Of a DNA stretch of 5,816 nucleotides, positions 5,599 through 5,816 are shown in pieces; the stretch's first letter is position 1, and each line of letters opens with the position of its first letter. The notes below the pieces were generated by a model. It was given only the letters and a program-made list of their open reading frames with translations, was not told the origin of the DNA and ran no database searches. Location: positions 1 to 5,816 of the forward strand of contig JAQGDQ010002533.1 in the NCBI GenBank assembly GCA_030141605.1, read 5' to 3'. Source of the stretch: Tubiluchus corallicola (taxonomy: Eukaryota > Animalia > Priapulida). A program made the position numbers and the translations under genes.

Positions 5599-5816
5599 AA
5601 TTATTTTTTTAGTTCTTGTCTTTCCTCCTACTAATTGCACTCCAATTCAGGTCTATATTGGAGCATACGACCACTTTTAGTCCAGAAAGTGCAAAAACGT
5701 GGATTCTGACTTACAATAGAGGGCTCACACATTAAAGCTTTATTTACAGACAAAATATCTAAGTTTTTGTTGTTACTCACATCCAAACTTGTAAGATCGT
5801 TTTCATGGCAAGACAA
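5599..5816 (+). repeat. 218-bp near-identical direct repeat, copy 2 (runs off the window)
   Basis: Aligns to 1324-1541 with 213/218 identity. Confidence 0.97.
5631..5816 (-). CDS. 3' end of a further LRR protein gene (LRR-3; partial, continues beyond the window)
   Basis: The translation equals the last 61 aa of LRR-1 except for one E>K change. The listed Met is an internal TTG-Leu at the window edge. Confidence 0.88.
   Translation of the reverse strand: MSCHENDLTSLDVSNNKNLDILSVNKALMCEPSIVSQNPRFCTFWTKSGRMLQYRPELECN

Noticed and set aside
1324-5816. Diversity-generating retroelement TR/VR pair (near-identical repeat of a gene's 3' end)
   Set aside because: The 5 mismatches are not adenine-specific on either strand, 4 are synonymous third positions, and no reverse transcriptase is present in the window.

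Overview
AT-rich, Bacteroidota-like window (taxon inferred from protein families and signal-peptide style). From left to right: an IS256-family element (1-1323); a 744-aa minus-strand LRR protein, probably a lipoprotein (L-domain-like N-terminus plus two capped modules of 6 and 9 Cys-containing 21-aa LRRs); a ~400-bp non-coding element ending in a hairpin terminator; a headless, divergent LRR paralog fragment; a decayed IS5-family transposase remnant; a second copy of the non-coding element; and the 3' end of a third LRR gene about 98% identical to the first. The locus is a tandem array of [LRR gene + terminator + conserved non-coding element] units. The most notable signals are: the non-coding element is better conserved than the neighbouring coding sequence and shows pairing-preserving substitutions; its terminator core is inverted between copies; and the LRRs have a fixed framework with variable concave-face residues beside a silent cassette, suggesting recombinational diversification. 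All alignments were done by eye and no database search was run.
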